The notes under the pieces were generated by a model, which did no database searches, was not told the DNA's origin, and saw nothing but the letters and a program-made list of their open reading frames with translations. Shown in pieces: positions 28,010 to 43,591 of a stretch of 64,000 bases of DNA. The stretch is from NCBI GenBank assembly GCA_964016885.1, contig OZ024745.1, forward strand, positions 70,866,001-70,930,000. The letters run 5' to 3'. Source of the stretch: Eledone cirrhosa (lineage: Eukaryota). Positions within the stretch are counted from its first letter, which is position 1, and every line of letters starts with the position of its first letter. The translations under genes and the position numbers were made by a program.

Positions 28010-28610
28010 TATGTTGGGGAATTCGTTAGAGCGTCGGACTAAACGATATGTGACATTTCAACCACCTTCTGAGGTTGATAAAATATAGTAGTAGTCAAGT
28101 TCTGGGGTCGGTTTAATCGACTTTGCCTTAACTGCAACATTTGTTGGCCGTGTACCTAAATCAGAACCATTGTTCATATTTGGCCGGTGAATTAACAGAA
28201 TTATTTATGCGTTTGACAATATATTTTGCGACATTTGTTCCTGCTCTTTATATTCTGAGGTCAAAACCCAGTCGAGGTCAACGAAGCTTCTTATTTTTCA
28301 GATGTTGATAAAATAAAGAAGTCCTCAAATGCTGAGATCTATATAATCGAGTTTCCTCACACCCCATAATAGGGGCCTTTTACCTAAACTATTATTGTTA
28401 ATTTTGTTATTGAGGTGAATTGGCAGACTAGTTTCAGGGTCGAATAAAATACATTGCAGTATTTGTTCCGGGTCTTTACGTCCTAAGTTCAAATCGTGCA
28501 TTCATCCTTCCGGTGTCGATGAAATAAAGTACCAGTCAAATAAAGATCCGATACAATCGACTTTCCCTTTCCTATTAAATTGTTGGCCTTGTGCCTGAAT
28601 TAGTAACCAT
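28010..28610 (+). mobile_element. Three head-to-tail diverged Meta-like SINE copies
   Basis: Three successive gataaaata...aatcga...ggcc(t)tgt(a/g)cct units. Confidence 0.7.
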
Positions 28611-28821
28611 TAGCTGTAGGCCGTATTGTGCCTGTATACGAAATCACTCATATGATGATAGCATGACTATAATATCAAGGCTTGATAACATCAATACATA
28701 ATGCTGTGTTGCCAGTCATGCTATAAATAGATATTAGATATTCCAATGGAAACTACAGTTGAACTTATAACCTCTCATGAAACAAAAGTATACCACCACC
28801 AATCTATAACATGTATATATA

Positions 28822-28907
<86 letters not shown>

Positions 28908-29014
28908 CATGTGTGTGTGCGTGTGTAGGAGTTGTGTGTGGGTATGCATATATATATATATATGCATGTTTTCTTTTTATTTATTTTACTGTTTTCAGAC
29001 ATTATGTGTAAATG

Positions 29015-29062
<48 letters not shown>

Positions 29063-29126
29063 CATATATAAACATACATATATACTATATGTATATATTT
29101 ATATATAGATAAACATACATATATAC

Positions 29127-29207
<81 letters not shown>

Positions 29208-29409
29208 ATATACATATATATATATACACAAACATATATACAGATGTCTATATATACATATATATATTGTTTTGCATTTGTTTTGTTTCTTTTACAAATC
29301 AACTATGGTATAGAATGCAAAATTAGAGATATTGTTATTTGTATAAATAGACATGCATATACACACACACCTTTTTTGTTATATATATATATATACATGT
29401 ATATATATA

Positions 29410-29444
<35 letters not shown>

Positions 29445-29615
29445 CATATATGTATATACGTGTGTGTGTGTGTGTATGGACATGTATATGTATGCACAAA
29501 TCATTACAACCAACATCTCAATTATATAGAATGAAATATAAGTAGTGAGTGCAAATGTAAACACACGTATATATATATATATATATATATGCATATATAT
29601 ATATATATATATATA

Positions 29616-29676
<61 letters not shown>

Positions 29677-29682
29677 ATGTAT

Positions 29683-29714
<32 letters not shown>

Positions 29715-29810
29715 AACCTACATATGCATTTATTTGTATATATATATATTTATATACATACAGAAATATATAAACATATATATATTTATATATTTATATA
29801 TTTATGTATG

Positions 29811-29846
<36 letters not shown>

Positions 29847-30364
29847 AATATAGATACACTTACACATTTATGTATCTGTGTGTGTATGCGCACGGGCATA
29901 TACTTATATGTATATTTGTATGTGTGTGTGAAAGAGCAGAACATTAAAAGAAGAGAAGAGGGAGGGTCAGAGGGTGCCTGGCAGAAAGAGATAGAAATAT
30001 GGAGGGGGGGAGGGGGGAGACAAAGTGAGGAAGTAAAGGAGAAAGGGGTGGTAAGGATGAGGAGGTGTGGGTGGAGTAGGAAACGAAAGTAAGGATCTAT
30101 TGGAGAAGCAAAGAGCTAAATTGATATCAGGATTTAGAGAGGAAGTCTGAAATCGATAAGACTGTATAGATTATGAAAGGTTGTGGATGGGTGGCCAGAA
30201 ATGAGAAGAGAAGCGATTAAGAGAGAGACAGAGACAGATAGTGGGGTGGGGTGGATATTCAGAAACAGAAACATAGAGCGAGGGAGAGAAGTAGAAGAGA
30301 GACAGAGAGAGAGCGAGAGAGAGATAGAGCGAGAGAGAGATAGAGAGAGAGAGAAAGAGAGATT

Positions 30365-30429
<65 letters not shown>

Positions 30430-30529
30430 GGAGCATACACATTCTTGATGCCGCCAACAGATCGAATGGATAGACCTAACTTTCAGATAGGGAAGTATAT
30501 ATATATGTATATATATATATATATATATG

Positions 30530-30598
30530 TGTGTGTATATATGTGCGTGTGTGTGCGTGTGTGTGCATATGCATATGTATATATATATATATTTATCA

Positions 30599-30692
<94 letters not shown>

Positions 30693-30720
30693 GTATATAT
30701 ACGTATATATAAATATATAT

Positions 30721-30751
<31 letters not shown>

Positions 30752-30841
30752 GCATATATATATATATAAATATATATATATATATGCATATATTTATATA
30801 TGTATATATATAATATATATTTATATATACATATATATATG

Positions 30842-30885
<44 letters not shown>

Positions 30886-30939
30886 TATATATATATTGAT
30901 AAATATATATATATATACATATGCATATGCACACACACG

Positions 30940-31009
<70 letters not shown>

Positions 31010-31010
31010 C
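30530..31010. repeat. Large imperfect palindrome of interrupted (TA)/(TG) repeats
   Basis: Unique interruptions are mirrored: gtgcatatgcatatg...atttatcaat (30563-30600) vs attgataaat...catatgcatatgcac (30895-30932); centre near 30769. Confidence 0.75.
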
Positions 31011-31160
31011 GTGTATATATGTATATATGTATGTATGTGTATATATATATATTCGTTGTTTGGTTGAATTGATTACTAAAACCCATCGGTACCAACGGTG
31101 GGAGATAGGAGAGTATCTAGGCGGGAAATATACCATAACTAGAGAGGGGTTGTAAGACAT

Positions 31161-31270
<110 letters not shown>

Positions 31271-31285
31271 TGTGTGTGTCTGTGT

Positions 31286-31325
<40 letters not shown>

Positions 31326-31331
31326 GTGCGT

Positions 31332-31410
<79 letters not shown>

Positions 31411-31681
31411 TGTGTGTGTGGGGAAAAGGAGTATTGTATAGTGTACTGGGACATAAACCTCACTCAAATACAATGAGTTAACTCCAACGTTGATCTCAAG
31501 CTTCTGCTCCTTTCTTAGTTCATTACTCTCTGTCTATCCCATCTCCACACTCGCCCTACCCTCTCGTCTAGTCCTGTATCTCTCTATCTATCAATCTACA
31601 TATATGTGTGTATGTGAATGTGTCTATGTGTATGTTTGTGTGTCGATATGCATATATATATATATACGCACACACGTATAA

Positions 31682-31723
<42 letters not shown>

Positions 31724-31744
31724 ATGTATACATATATGTGTATG

Positions 31745-31937
<193 letters not shown>

Positions 31938-32445
31938 TATACATGTATAGATATATACACTTATATATATATACATATATATATTCATATATATATATAT
32001 ATATATACATATATATAAATATATATATATATATATGTGGGGGGGGGGGGTCTGTGTGTGTTTGTGTGTGTGTTATCAAACTTACTCTTACTACCTCCCA
32101 ATCTTTTTTATTCCTGTGAGGGTGATTTTTCTCACATTCTTACACTCTTACATCCTTCCTCATCTCATGCTTGCAACACCCTTTCTAACCCGCTCCCCTT
32201 CTTCTTCTCTCACATCTTCTGACCCGCCCCCAACCTTTCTTTTACTCTCCGCCCTCTCCCCTCTCCATTAAACCATTGTTATTGGTATCTAGATCGTTTC
32301 AAACACATACACACTATCACACTTTCGTTTAGAATAAAGTTATCCGCTTACATTATATAAAGTAACCTGAATGCGCAGAGAGATATATTTACATATAGTA
32401 TTAAAGTAACTTTCTCTCTATCTATCTATAAATCTCTACCCCTCC

Positions 32446-32522
<77 letters not shown>

Positions 32523-32696
32523 TCCGCTCTCTGGTCCTTCTCTGTTCTGTTCCGCAAACACATTCTTTCTTTAACCCCTGTTTCACTTCCAAAAAATTAT
32601 CCCGTCCCCTCTCTCATTGATATTTTAAGTTTTTAAACTCACTCACTCTCTATACATATATCTCACTCTATCTGTCCACACACATGTGTATATATT

Positions 32697-32754
<58 letters not shown>

Positions 32755-33129
32755 TAAGCATACAGAGCTGCTAAAGAAGGGGAGGGTGTGAAATGCAGAT
32801 ATATTTACATGTATTAAAATAACGCTCTCCCCATTCTCTTTGCCCCTCTCGCTCTTTCTCACAATATCTTTGCCTCCCCCTCTCTCTCGCTCTCCCTCTT
32901 ACTCTCTCTCTCTCTTTCTCTTTTTCTCGCTTATTCTCTCACTCACTAAGATTTTAACTTTCCAAGTCTCTGTTGTATCTCTCTATCTAGTTCAATCTCT
33001 CCATACACACACACCCACACATATACAGAATTACACACATACACACATACATAGAAGCATACACAACTAAAGAAGGGGGAGATATGAATTACAGAAATAT
33101 ACAAATATGTGTCTAAATATATATGAATC

Positions 33130-33530
33130 TACAAATTACAAAGGAAAACACGTGGCTGTGAGGGCTGTGGTAGGGGAGGGATTCAAAGAAAGCAGCTATG
33201 AAGAAGACAGTACGTTAGTTGGGGTGACGACTATTGGAATAAACGAAAAGCGATGCACTGTCATGACGGAGATCCATGCAGCGGAGTGGCAAACCATGGC
33301 CACCGGAATAATGCCAGGGTGAAAACTACAGCAAAACAAAAAAAATTAACCATCTAGCTATTAACTGACCAGGGAAATGGCTACACATTTTCTGGAACAT
33401 ACTCTTGCCAGAAGTATAGAACATGCTAATGTGAATACTAAGAGAACAGGAGGAGGGAAGAATGGCTACCTATATCGTCGCAGACCCGCAGGAAAAGGGA
33501 GAGGAGGATTGTAAGTAACGATGAAGTAAG
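33130..33530 (-). mobile_element. Possible highly decayed CR1/L2-like LINE 3' remnant
   Basis: Higher-GC unique stretch with a weak resemblance to CR1-type 3' ends; no intact ORF. Confidence 0.25.
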
Positions 33531-33873
33531 ACATATGTTTAAATTGCACTCAGATAATAAATAAGCATAGTTTTTCAGCTAAATACTCATCTATTCTACT
33601 TGTAATCAAAACACCACTAAACGCATAACATGTAGGTACATGTAAAGACATACTAACACACACACACACACACACACATACATACATACATACATACATC
33701 ATTCACATTCATATAAGTATGCATGTACATATGCATGCACCCTTCTCTACCAGCACATGATCATGATCATATGGTCTTTTGGTTTCCTCAATCTGAGCTA
33801 ACCTGGGGCTAAACAACAATAACAAGACGATCTGAGAGGAGTTATCTCACCCGCCATATATTCACACACACAC

Positions 33874-33942
<69 letters not shown>

Positions 33943-34030
33943 TAGATACAGTTAAATTTCTTTGTTTATATCCATGCTTTCATCTCTCTTTTCATTTTTC
34001 TTCTTGTATATGTATCTCTTTCTCTTGCCA

Positions 34031-34062
<32 letters not shown>

Positions 34063-34063
34063 A

Positions 34064-34096
<33 letters not shown>

Positions 34097-34118
34097 CACA
34101 CACACAAACACACACACA

Positions 34119-34152
<34 letters not shown>

Positions 34153-34956
34153 CACACACACATGTGTGTGTGTGTGGATGAGAAGTTAACAAGCATTCAA
34201 ACGAACATTATGTCTATGTCATAAGACAGAAAGTAACAGAGATATAACAGACCAAACAAATCTGACTATTTATTGAAAATTTCCCATAAAACATGTGTTT
34301 ATGAATATATGTCTTCTTCAATACTACTAATGACTTATGCGTTTATGTATATGTATCTTTTTTACTAATAATACCCATTGTATTTGTATATATGTAATGA
34401 AATATCAAATTTACAGCTCACACCTATGCAGCTATAGTTTCACTCCTACGAGTTTACATCTCATACAGGGTTTCTGGGGCTTTTTAATGACACAGGCCGT
34501 AATTCTATAATACTATCATGTGTATACGTGTATTTTTCATTACCAATGGCCAAAGTGTTTGTATATATATATATATATATATCACTATCGATGGCCAAAG
34601 TGTTTGTGCATATATATCTGCCGTCCTCACTAACAATGTGTTTCTATATACATGTATATACATATCTGTATTCGTGTCTAAATGCTGAACACTGTCTTTG
34701 TATGTATGTCTCTTCTTTACTGCCAATGGTCAATGCGTTTATATGTATATGTCTTCACTATAATGGCCTATGTGTTTGTGTTTATGTGTCTTCTTCACTG
34801 CACTACTAATGACCTACGTGATAAAACAACAAATACAACAAGGCTACCTCGACTGTATTACACTATTGATACTGTTTCTGTTTCCTTAAAACTATTGTAG
34901 CATCATTTTGACAATTATTACTGGTTCTATGAACTTGCTTAAATATATCTATATGC

Positions 34957-35022
<66 letters not shown>

Positions 35023-35037
35023 ATGTATGTATGAATG

Positions 35038-35085
<48 letters not shown>

Positions 35086-35847
35086 CTTGATGCCGTTGAT
35101 TTATTTCACTGCTGTTCCGGACGCTGGACTGTTTCCAAATTTATGTACTTTATAGATATATGTTCATTTGTGTATGTGTTTGTGTCTGTGTTTTAAGCGT
35201 AGAAATGAATAAACATATACTTACATAAGCATCATAGTTTCCGCAGCCCATAAGTGCATATATATATAAATATGTATGTATATGTGTGTGTGTGTGCTTG
35301 GTGGGAGGGTGGGTGAGTGGTAGTACCAGTAATATAGTTTGCGTTTCACTTCCCCTCGAATATTTCCCTTCTGATTTGTTATATAAACGATTCCTTTGTG
35401 TAGAATCTACGCTGTTTCAATGCCTCTAGAAAGAACAATCAAGTTGCCCTATCTACTCATATACGAAAATGAAAGGCACATTAGGCAAATATAGTCCTAG
35501 GTACACTTAAAAGAGCAGGATAGTTTCCAGTAACCCATCTTCCGTTATTGGTTAGCCTAAGTTAAACAAGAGAAGTCTAGATTGCCACTACAAGTATACC
35601 CCATGTTCTTTCCCTTTGAAAAGGGGCTCTTCATCTCGAAATATTATGAAATATAAGGTAAAAGTGTAAACAGTTATATTTTGGTCCCATTTTACTCCCA
35701 TTTTTTTACTCCTTTATTTCTAGCTTGTAGTGTATGGGCTTTACGAAAAGAATGTTTCATATAAATATACATATATATAAGTATACACATATACATATGT
35801 ATATATGTATATATATATATATATATGCGAGTGTCTATTTGTGTGTG

Positions 35848-35923
<76 letters not shown>

Positions 35924-35932
35924 AATAGTTAA

Positions 35933-36015
<83 letters not shown>

Positions 36016-36546
36016 TTGTCTGTTTCTGTGATTGCAGGGTAGTTTAGCTTTTAATACTACCGCGTGAACAGATATGTATGTATATCCTGTAGTCTATAAC
36101 TCTTGTTCGGACAATCAGTGCTAATCACTTGAGTTAAACAGTAAACTTCCTACAGCTACTGGAAAAGGAAGATACTTCATAGGACCACTTGACCAGTTAG
36201 AAATAGCAGCGAAATATTTTTCTCGATTTTGATCTCAGGCGTGATCAGACTTAGAATTAACAACAATAATAACAACAACAACAACAACAACGACCACGAC
36301 CACGACCACGACCATGATAACAATAACAGCAGCAACACAGAAAAGATATTTCACGCCTTGTGCACTTGTTGCTGGTATTGTTCTATACAGCAACGCTGCT
36401 GTTGTCCGGATATTGTCTAATGTTGTTGCCAACTATTGCATTATTTACCATTACGTAGCATCTGGAGGGAAATAATGAACATCACAACTTCACAACGTCT
36501 CCATTTACTTCACCAGCCACGTGTCAACGAGGGGAACATCCTTGGC

Positions 36547-36869
36547 CAGGGCTTAGCAACTTGGTCAATATAGACACATCAGGTGAATCACATTTTGCCA
36601 GAGGTGCAAGTGGGGAGATAAAAGCTAAGGAATTCACATAGGGGGAATTTACTAGTTTGAATTTATTAATGCTTTTATAGTTATACCCTACAAAACCCTT
36701 TTGCTATTAAAAGCTAATTGAAGGGTTTGCATGTCAAGTATACTGATTATTTTCTCATGTAATTTGTATTAACTGTAATTTTATGTTCAATTAATTTATT
36801 TGTGGATGAATAGAAATAAAATGTTGTTACAAGGTGTCGTCTGTCAAGTAAAAAGTTTGAGAAGCCCTG
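36547..36869. mobile_element. Possible hAT-like MITE
   Basis: cagggcttagcaactt / aagtttgagaagccctg partial TIRs; right flank atctag resembles the Charlie target. Confidence 0.45.
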
Positions 36870-37110
36870 ATCTAGGGGGTCAAATAATCCTACTGACTTG
36901 AAAGGATACTTAATGAAGACATTATATAATTTGGCACTATATACACTATAGTACTAACCAAGTCAGAAAAAAAGGTGCGATGGGCATGGATGGAAGGTCT
37001 TTTTCATTTTGCTGATCTACGACATAATAACAACAGAATTCGTAGAGCGGTGATATGCATATACGTACATACACACCACACACATTGACATATATAATAT
37101 AAAATATTAT

Positions 37111-37271
<161 letters not shown>

Positions 37272-37292
37272 TATATATAAATATATACATAT

Positions 37293-37497
37293 TTTTTTTA
37301 TTTTATAGAAGGAGCTTCTACAGGACTAGTACTGTTTCACTCAGATGAAATCTTCAGGAAGCTCCTGAAGATTTCATCTGAATGAAACAGTACTAGTCCT
37401 GTAGAAGCTCCTTCTATAAAATAAAAAAATGTTTACTCTGCCATGTATTGAGTACCTTACTTACTGTGGTTATCCCCGACTCAACCCGGGACCTACG

Positions 37498-37500
<3 letters not shown>
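37293..37500 (+). mobile_element. Foldback (~67-bp arms) plus tail island in (TA)n, with a hammerhead-like core
   Basis: Arms 37293-37359 and 37363-37429 with 1 mismatch; CTGAAGA...GAAAC...GTC in the right arm; tail shares gtattgagtac with the 10544-10621 tail. Confidence 0.75.
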
Positions 37501-37542
<42 letters not shown>

Positions 37543-37567
37543 CGAAGGAAATGTGGTAAGGAACCGG

Positions 37568-37598
<31 letters not shown>

Positions 37599-37992
37599 AC
37601 AGAGAAAAAGAAAGTGTGAGAGATTGACAGAAAGAAAGAAGGCAAGACAGAAAGTCTGTTATAGAGAGAAACAAGTAAAGGAAGATACATGGTCCATTTC
37701 CCAGTGAAACTCTATCCTGCCACAGTGTATATTATCCAAAAATCTATAGTAGCTATGGAAGTTATAATATAAATCCATATAGGATATTTTTATAGAATTA
37801 TCAAAGAAAGCAATCTACAATAAATTCACTGAACAATGTAGCAGGAAGTTTACTCTCAACAATAATTATTTCTTTACAGGGTCATTAACTGTTGAATACA
37901 ATAAACTATATATATATATATATGTCTGTATATTGATTGATTGCTTATATACACAATAATACATGTATATAAACAAAGATGAATGTATATGC

Positions 37993-38079
<87 letters not shown>

Positions 38080-38084
<5 letters not shown>

Positions 38085-38140
38085 TAATATAACAGATTAA
38101 TATAACAGATTTGGATTTTAGTCTTCAATTTTATTATTAT

Positions 38141-38206
<66 letters not shown>

Positions 38207-38249
38207 TAATATAACAGATTTGGATTTTAGTCTTCAATTTTATTATTAT

Positions 38250-38252
<3 letters not shown>
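38080..38252 (+). repeat. Two copies of a ~52-bp TA-embedded unit
   Basis: tttattaatataacagatttggattttagtcttcaattttattattattac occurs twice; a diverged inverted copy lies at 18228-18271. Confidence 0.8.
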
Positions 38253-38309
<57 letters not shown>

Positions 38310-38903
38310 AGGGAGTGTAACGCGAAGTTACTACATATATATATGCAGAGGTTATATTTAATTTGTTGGGATTCAACAAGCTTAAAAATATATATAAATA
38401 AATATATATATGTGTATGTGATATATACACACATTTACATATATATATTTATTTATTTATTTATATATATGTATATATATGTATATATGTATATAAGTAT
38501 ATATGTATATATGTGTGTGTGTGATATACATATGCTGCAGTAAAAATAAAATCAGTCAAATAAATGCTAATGAAATGATATCATATGTCCAAGCAAAACC
38601 ACAGTCTAATAACTGAAGCCTTTAAAACAATACATTGTATATATATATACATATATATGTGTGTGTGTGTATCTGTGTGAGTGTGTGTGGACGTGTGTGT
38701 ACATTAAATAAAATTAACAGCGAGAAGGAATCATAACGTACCTACAGAAGGTAAATGGTACCAGTTGGGTTATAACTTTCCTGAGATCAGTAAACTTACA
38801 AATGTGTGTGTGTATGTGTATGTGTGAGTGTGTTTGTACATATCCACACATGTTTGTATGTATTTATCTCTAAATGTATAAATGAATATATAGATAAATA
38901 TAG

Positions 38904-38966
<63 letters not shown>

Positions 38967-39122
38967 GTGGGTTTTTTTTTTACAAAATGAAAAATAACCG
39001 AGGTGTCCTACACGAGTGAAAGTATAAAGAAAAAGAGATGAAATCGAAAATGCAACTGGAGTCTTATTTTTTTTTTTTTTTAAATATATATATTTATTTG
39101 GTTCCTATATATATATTTATTT

Positions 39123-39270
<148 letters not shown>

Positions 39271-40286
39271 GGAATAGAATGAAACGAAATTTCATTTCTC
39301 ACTCTTTTACGGCATTTACTTATATATATATATACATATTTACATATATATATTTATACATCCTTACATGCATACATACATACATACATACATACATACA
39401 TACATACATACATACATACATACATACATACATACATACATACATACATACATGTATGTATAGTGTGTGTGTGTGTGTGAGAGAGAGAGGGGGGTGAGAG
39501 AGAGAGAGAGACTGAAAATCTGGTTTGATTATATTAAGAGAAATATTTTGGATAGTTTGAACACTTTTCAATTCCTTTCTTTTTTACATCCTTTTTTGTG
39601 ATTGTGTTGATAATATCTTACATAGTGTACATGTAGGACAATGTACTTCCATGGTACTTCTCGTTCTATGACGGGCGGGCGCGTAATTTCAGTGAAATTT
39701 GGTTACCATTTCTAGCAGGTCGAGTGACTATGTAGAGATTCCACAACCACGTAGAGATGAATTGATCTTGTTATTGTTATTGTTGTTAGTGATGATAATG
39801 CAGATGATGATGATGACGACGACGACAACGACGATGGTGATGATGATGATGATAATGATGATGATGATGATGATGAAATTATTGTGTAAAGTATCTCAGG
39901 TGCACTACAACTCGTCAAAGGTGCATGTATAGTACCATAGAATAATATACAAATGTCAGGGAAGTGAATAGTGTATGAGTCATGATATACATGTGTGTGT
40001 GTGTATGTGTGTATGGGGGGGGGGAACATTAGGTGTAGTGTTGGCGAATCTCGGGAAGCATGGAGGTTTTAAAGGATGCAGTCAACGATAATCATGATAA
40101 TGAGGAAGTTGATGATGGTGATGATGATGATGATGATGATGATGATGGCGACGATGATGATGATGATGATGATGATGATATTAGTGTAGTTGTTGTACTA
40201 TGGTTGTGGGGTGACATGCACTTGTGAAACAACAGTGTGGAGGTGTTTTGATGAGAGTAGATGGGTGTTAGGTGAGATATATGAAG

Positions 40287-40326
<40 letters not shown>

Positions 40327-40450
40327 TATATTTAATACATTAACAGAGAAAGCTTTAAGCAATACTCCGACCGGCTTCCGTCTCACTCAACAAACATTAG
40401 GATATACCTTAGTATAATCCCAATTATACGTTTGGGGTGCTAACTATACG

Positions 40451-40521
<71 letters not shown>

Positions 40522-40820
40522 GGAATGTATGTATGCATGTATGTATATATATATATAGGAATCCATGTATGTATATATATATAGGCATGTATGAATATAT
40601 GTATGTATCATGCTATAAACATCGTAACACACCACCGGCAGTGAAGATAAGAAGAAGAAACGGAATGAACAGGTGTCACGTGATTTCTCAAGCTAGCAGA
40701 CAGCGACTACTGAGTGCCAATAGCATTCTAAATTTCATCTTTCACACTCATTGCTATTAGATAAATACGGTATCACATACACACAAACATGTATATGTAT
40801 GTGTGTGTATATATACATAC

Positions 40821-40880
<60 letters not shown>

Positions 40881-40937
40881 TCATTTATATTTATATTTAT
40901 ATGTATATATGTATATATGTATATATATATATATATG

Positions 40938-40985
<48 letters not shown>

Positions 40986-41006
40986 ATATATGTATATATA
41001 TATATA

Positions 41007-41040
<34 letters not shown>

Positions 41041-41138
41041 CATTTATATTTATATATATGTATATATATTATATGCGTGTGTATGTGTTTTTTTCTGTGT
41101 CCATATATAGACACATAGATTTATAGATACATAGATAC

Positions 41139-41222
<84 letters not shown>

Positions 41223-41491
41223 GCAGGCGCCTATATATGTGACTAGGCAGGTGTGTATCAGTGCATATGCGTGGGGTATTAATGTGTCTGTCTGTGTGGG
41301 AATGTGTGTGTTTGTGTGTGAGTGTCTGTCTGTGTGTATATGTGTTTAGTATTTAAATATAATCAGATTATATAACCTTCAGATATTGGTTGCAATAGAA
41401 GTTGAATTAAATTTTAAATACAATCGATCTTCTCTCTTACGTATAGTGGAATGATACAGGAGTTAGTACCATACTATAGTCTATAAAAAGA

Positions 41492-41590
41492 CATGGGACG
41501 TTGTTCCTGTGGGACATGGGACGCTATTCCTATGGGACATGGACGCTATTCCTGTGGGACACGGGACGCTGTTTCTGTGGGACATAGGAC
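41492..41590. repeat. 23-bp minisatellite (~4 copies)
   Basis: catgggacgctattcctgtggga repeated. Confidence 0.85.
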
Positions 41591-41753
41591 TATATTTTTT
41601 GTCAAACATGTGACTATATATATTTTTCTGAAAAGATAATATCATTGAAGTGTTGTGTTATGTATAAATGTTTGTGTATGTTTATATATATATATATATG
41701 GGTGTGTGTATGTTTGTGTGTGTGTGTGTACTTAAGTGCACACACACAAACAT

Positions 41754-41800
<47 letters not shown>

Positions 41801-41870
41801 AATGAATATATTCCCTTCTTTGAGCTATTTAATTGTAAAAGACTATTTCGAGTTTATAGCTCAATATATG

Positions 41871-41903
<33 letters not shown>

Positions 41904-41945
41904 TGTATGTATGTATGTATGTATGTATGTATGTATGTATGTATG

Positions 41946-42074
41946 CAGTGTTTGTACCAGAGTTTTCAAGTCGCTGGCTGGACTAAAATGTCACACTCGT
42001 CAGCGCATCAGTAAGGGTTCTCCTACATGGATATAAAGTAGTGGCCGTACTCGAAAACGAGTTGGCAGCCACCA
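41946..42074 (+). mobile_element. 5'-truncated copy of the 11301-11909 element inserted in (TATG)n
   Basis: Ends gagttggcagccacca|tgtatgtatg; flanked on both sides by (TATG)n. Confidence 0.85.
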
Positions 42075-42090
42075 TGTATGTATGTATGTG

Positions 42091-42184
<94 letters not shown>

Positions 42185-42439
42185 TATATATAAATGTGTA
42201 TGTGTGCATATATAGATAACAATAGTAATGGTTTCTGATTTAGACACATGGCCAACAATTTGGGAGGGAAGGAAAAGTCGATTAAATTGACCCCTATGCA
42301 TTACTGGTACTTTATTTTATCAAATAATAATAATAATATATCTTGTAAAACAACAAGGACAATATTATAAAGAACACCATGTGGTCAAGGTGACTAGCAA
42401 GTGTACCAGAACACTGTAACGACCATATTAGCAGAGACA

Positions 42440-42860
42440 ACAATGAGATGTCCTTTATATGGTTCGTCACTATGCTAGAAATATCAGTCAAATAACCCTC
42501 AGATCTCAGCATACATCGTCTTAAAATTAAAGGTAACACAGTTTGATTCTGTTGTCCTAAATGGCTTGTGTAATAGGCTACAGTAATAACCATACTACCA
42601 CCACACAACAACACATAACGATGTGACAGCCTCTAGGTGGTCATTCTGTAGGCTAGAAATAACAGCCAAAACTCCCTCACTCAAATCTCAAACGTCACCG
42701 TCTTAATAAAACCAAAATACATTAGATAATTTACATAATTGTTGTCCTGGACACACAATGTAAATAAGACAAGATGGTCTGGAGTAGAGTATCTTTAATC
42801 ATAGGTCAGCCGTACAGATCAGTACTGACCTGGTGCTGTATAACTACATCTAGGCAACAA
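42440..42860 (+). mobile_element. Old interspersed repeat (ctagaaatagcagccaaa...cgtcttaa...gacctggg family)
   Basis: Two partial copies here; similar stretches at about 22490-22660 (-), 33770-33820, 35420-35570, 36190-36260 and 57715-57780. Confidence 0.5.
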
Positions 42861-42989
42861 TACATTTAACATCATCAGACAAGACTGCAAAGCAAAACCG
42901 CCAAAATGGAAATTCGATTAATCAGCAGTATGTGCTAAAACCAACAGTATTTCAGTGCTACTGGTCTTGTCCACAATAATGTCCCATTT

Positions 42990-43280
42990 ACTTCTTCCAG
43001 CCTCTTCTTTCTTCCCCTTCTCTTCCACCACCACCTCTGTGCCTTCTACTTCATCCTCTCTATCTTGTCCGCCTTCTTCCTTCCCATCATTTTCACTTCC
43101 TTCTCCATCCACTTCCACTCCGACCTCTTCCCCGCCATCCCCTTCCTCTCCACCCTCTTCCCCTCCGACCTCTTCCCCTCCATCCCCTTCATCTCCATCC
43201 ACTTCTGGCAGCGTTTGGCAAACTCTTCTCACCCTCCACTGTCAAACACCTCCACCCCGCCCTTTCTCCTCGCGTTGATT
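42990..43280. repeat. CT-rich low-complexity tract
   Basis: Polypyrimidine sequence with an internal ~39-bp duplication; explains ORFs 42918..43232 and 42955..43278. Confidence 0.8.
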
Positions 43281-43385
43281 TTGATTCAATTCTTCGCTAA
43301 GACTTTTATACAGCTTTTATAATTCTTGACACAACCATTTTTCATCTTTCGTTCTGTGTTACTATGCCTGTCTATTTATCTATCT

Positions 43386-43490
<105 letters not shown>

Positions 43491-43553
43491 TCTCTCACTC
43501 TCTCTCTCTCTCTCTTCCTCTCTCTGTATAAATATGTATATATATATATATAC

Positions 43554-43591
<38 letters not shown>

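Noticed and set aside
42918-43278. Acidic or Ser/Pro-rich protein
   Set aside because: Product of CT-rich low-complexity DNA; the same applies to the Thr/Pro-rich ORFs at 57893-58308.
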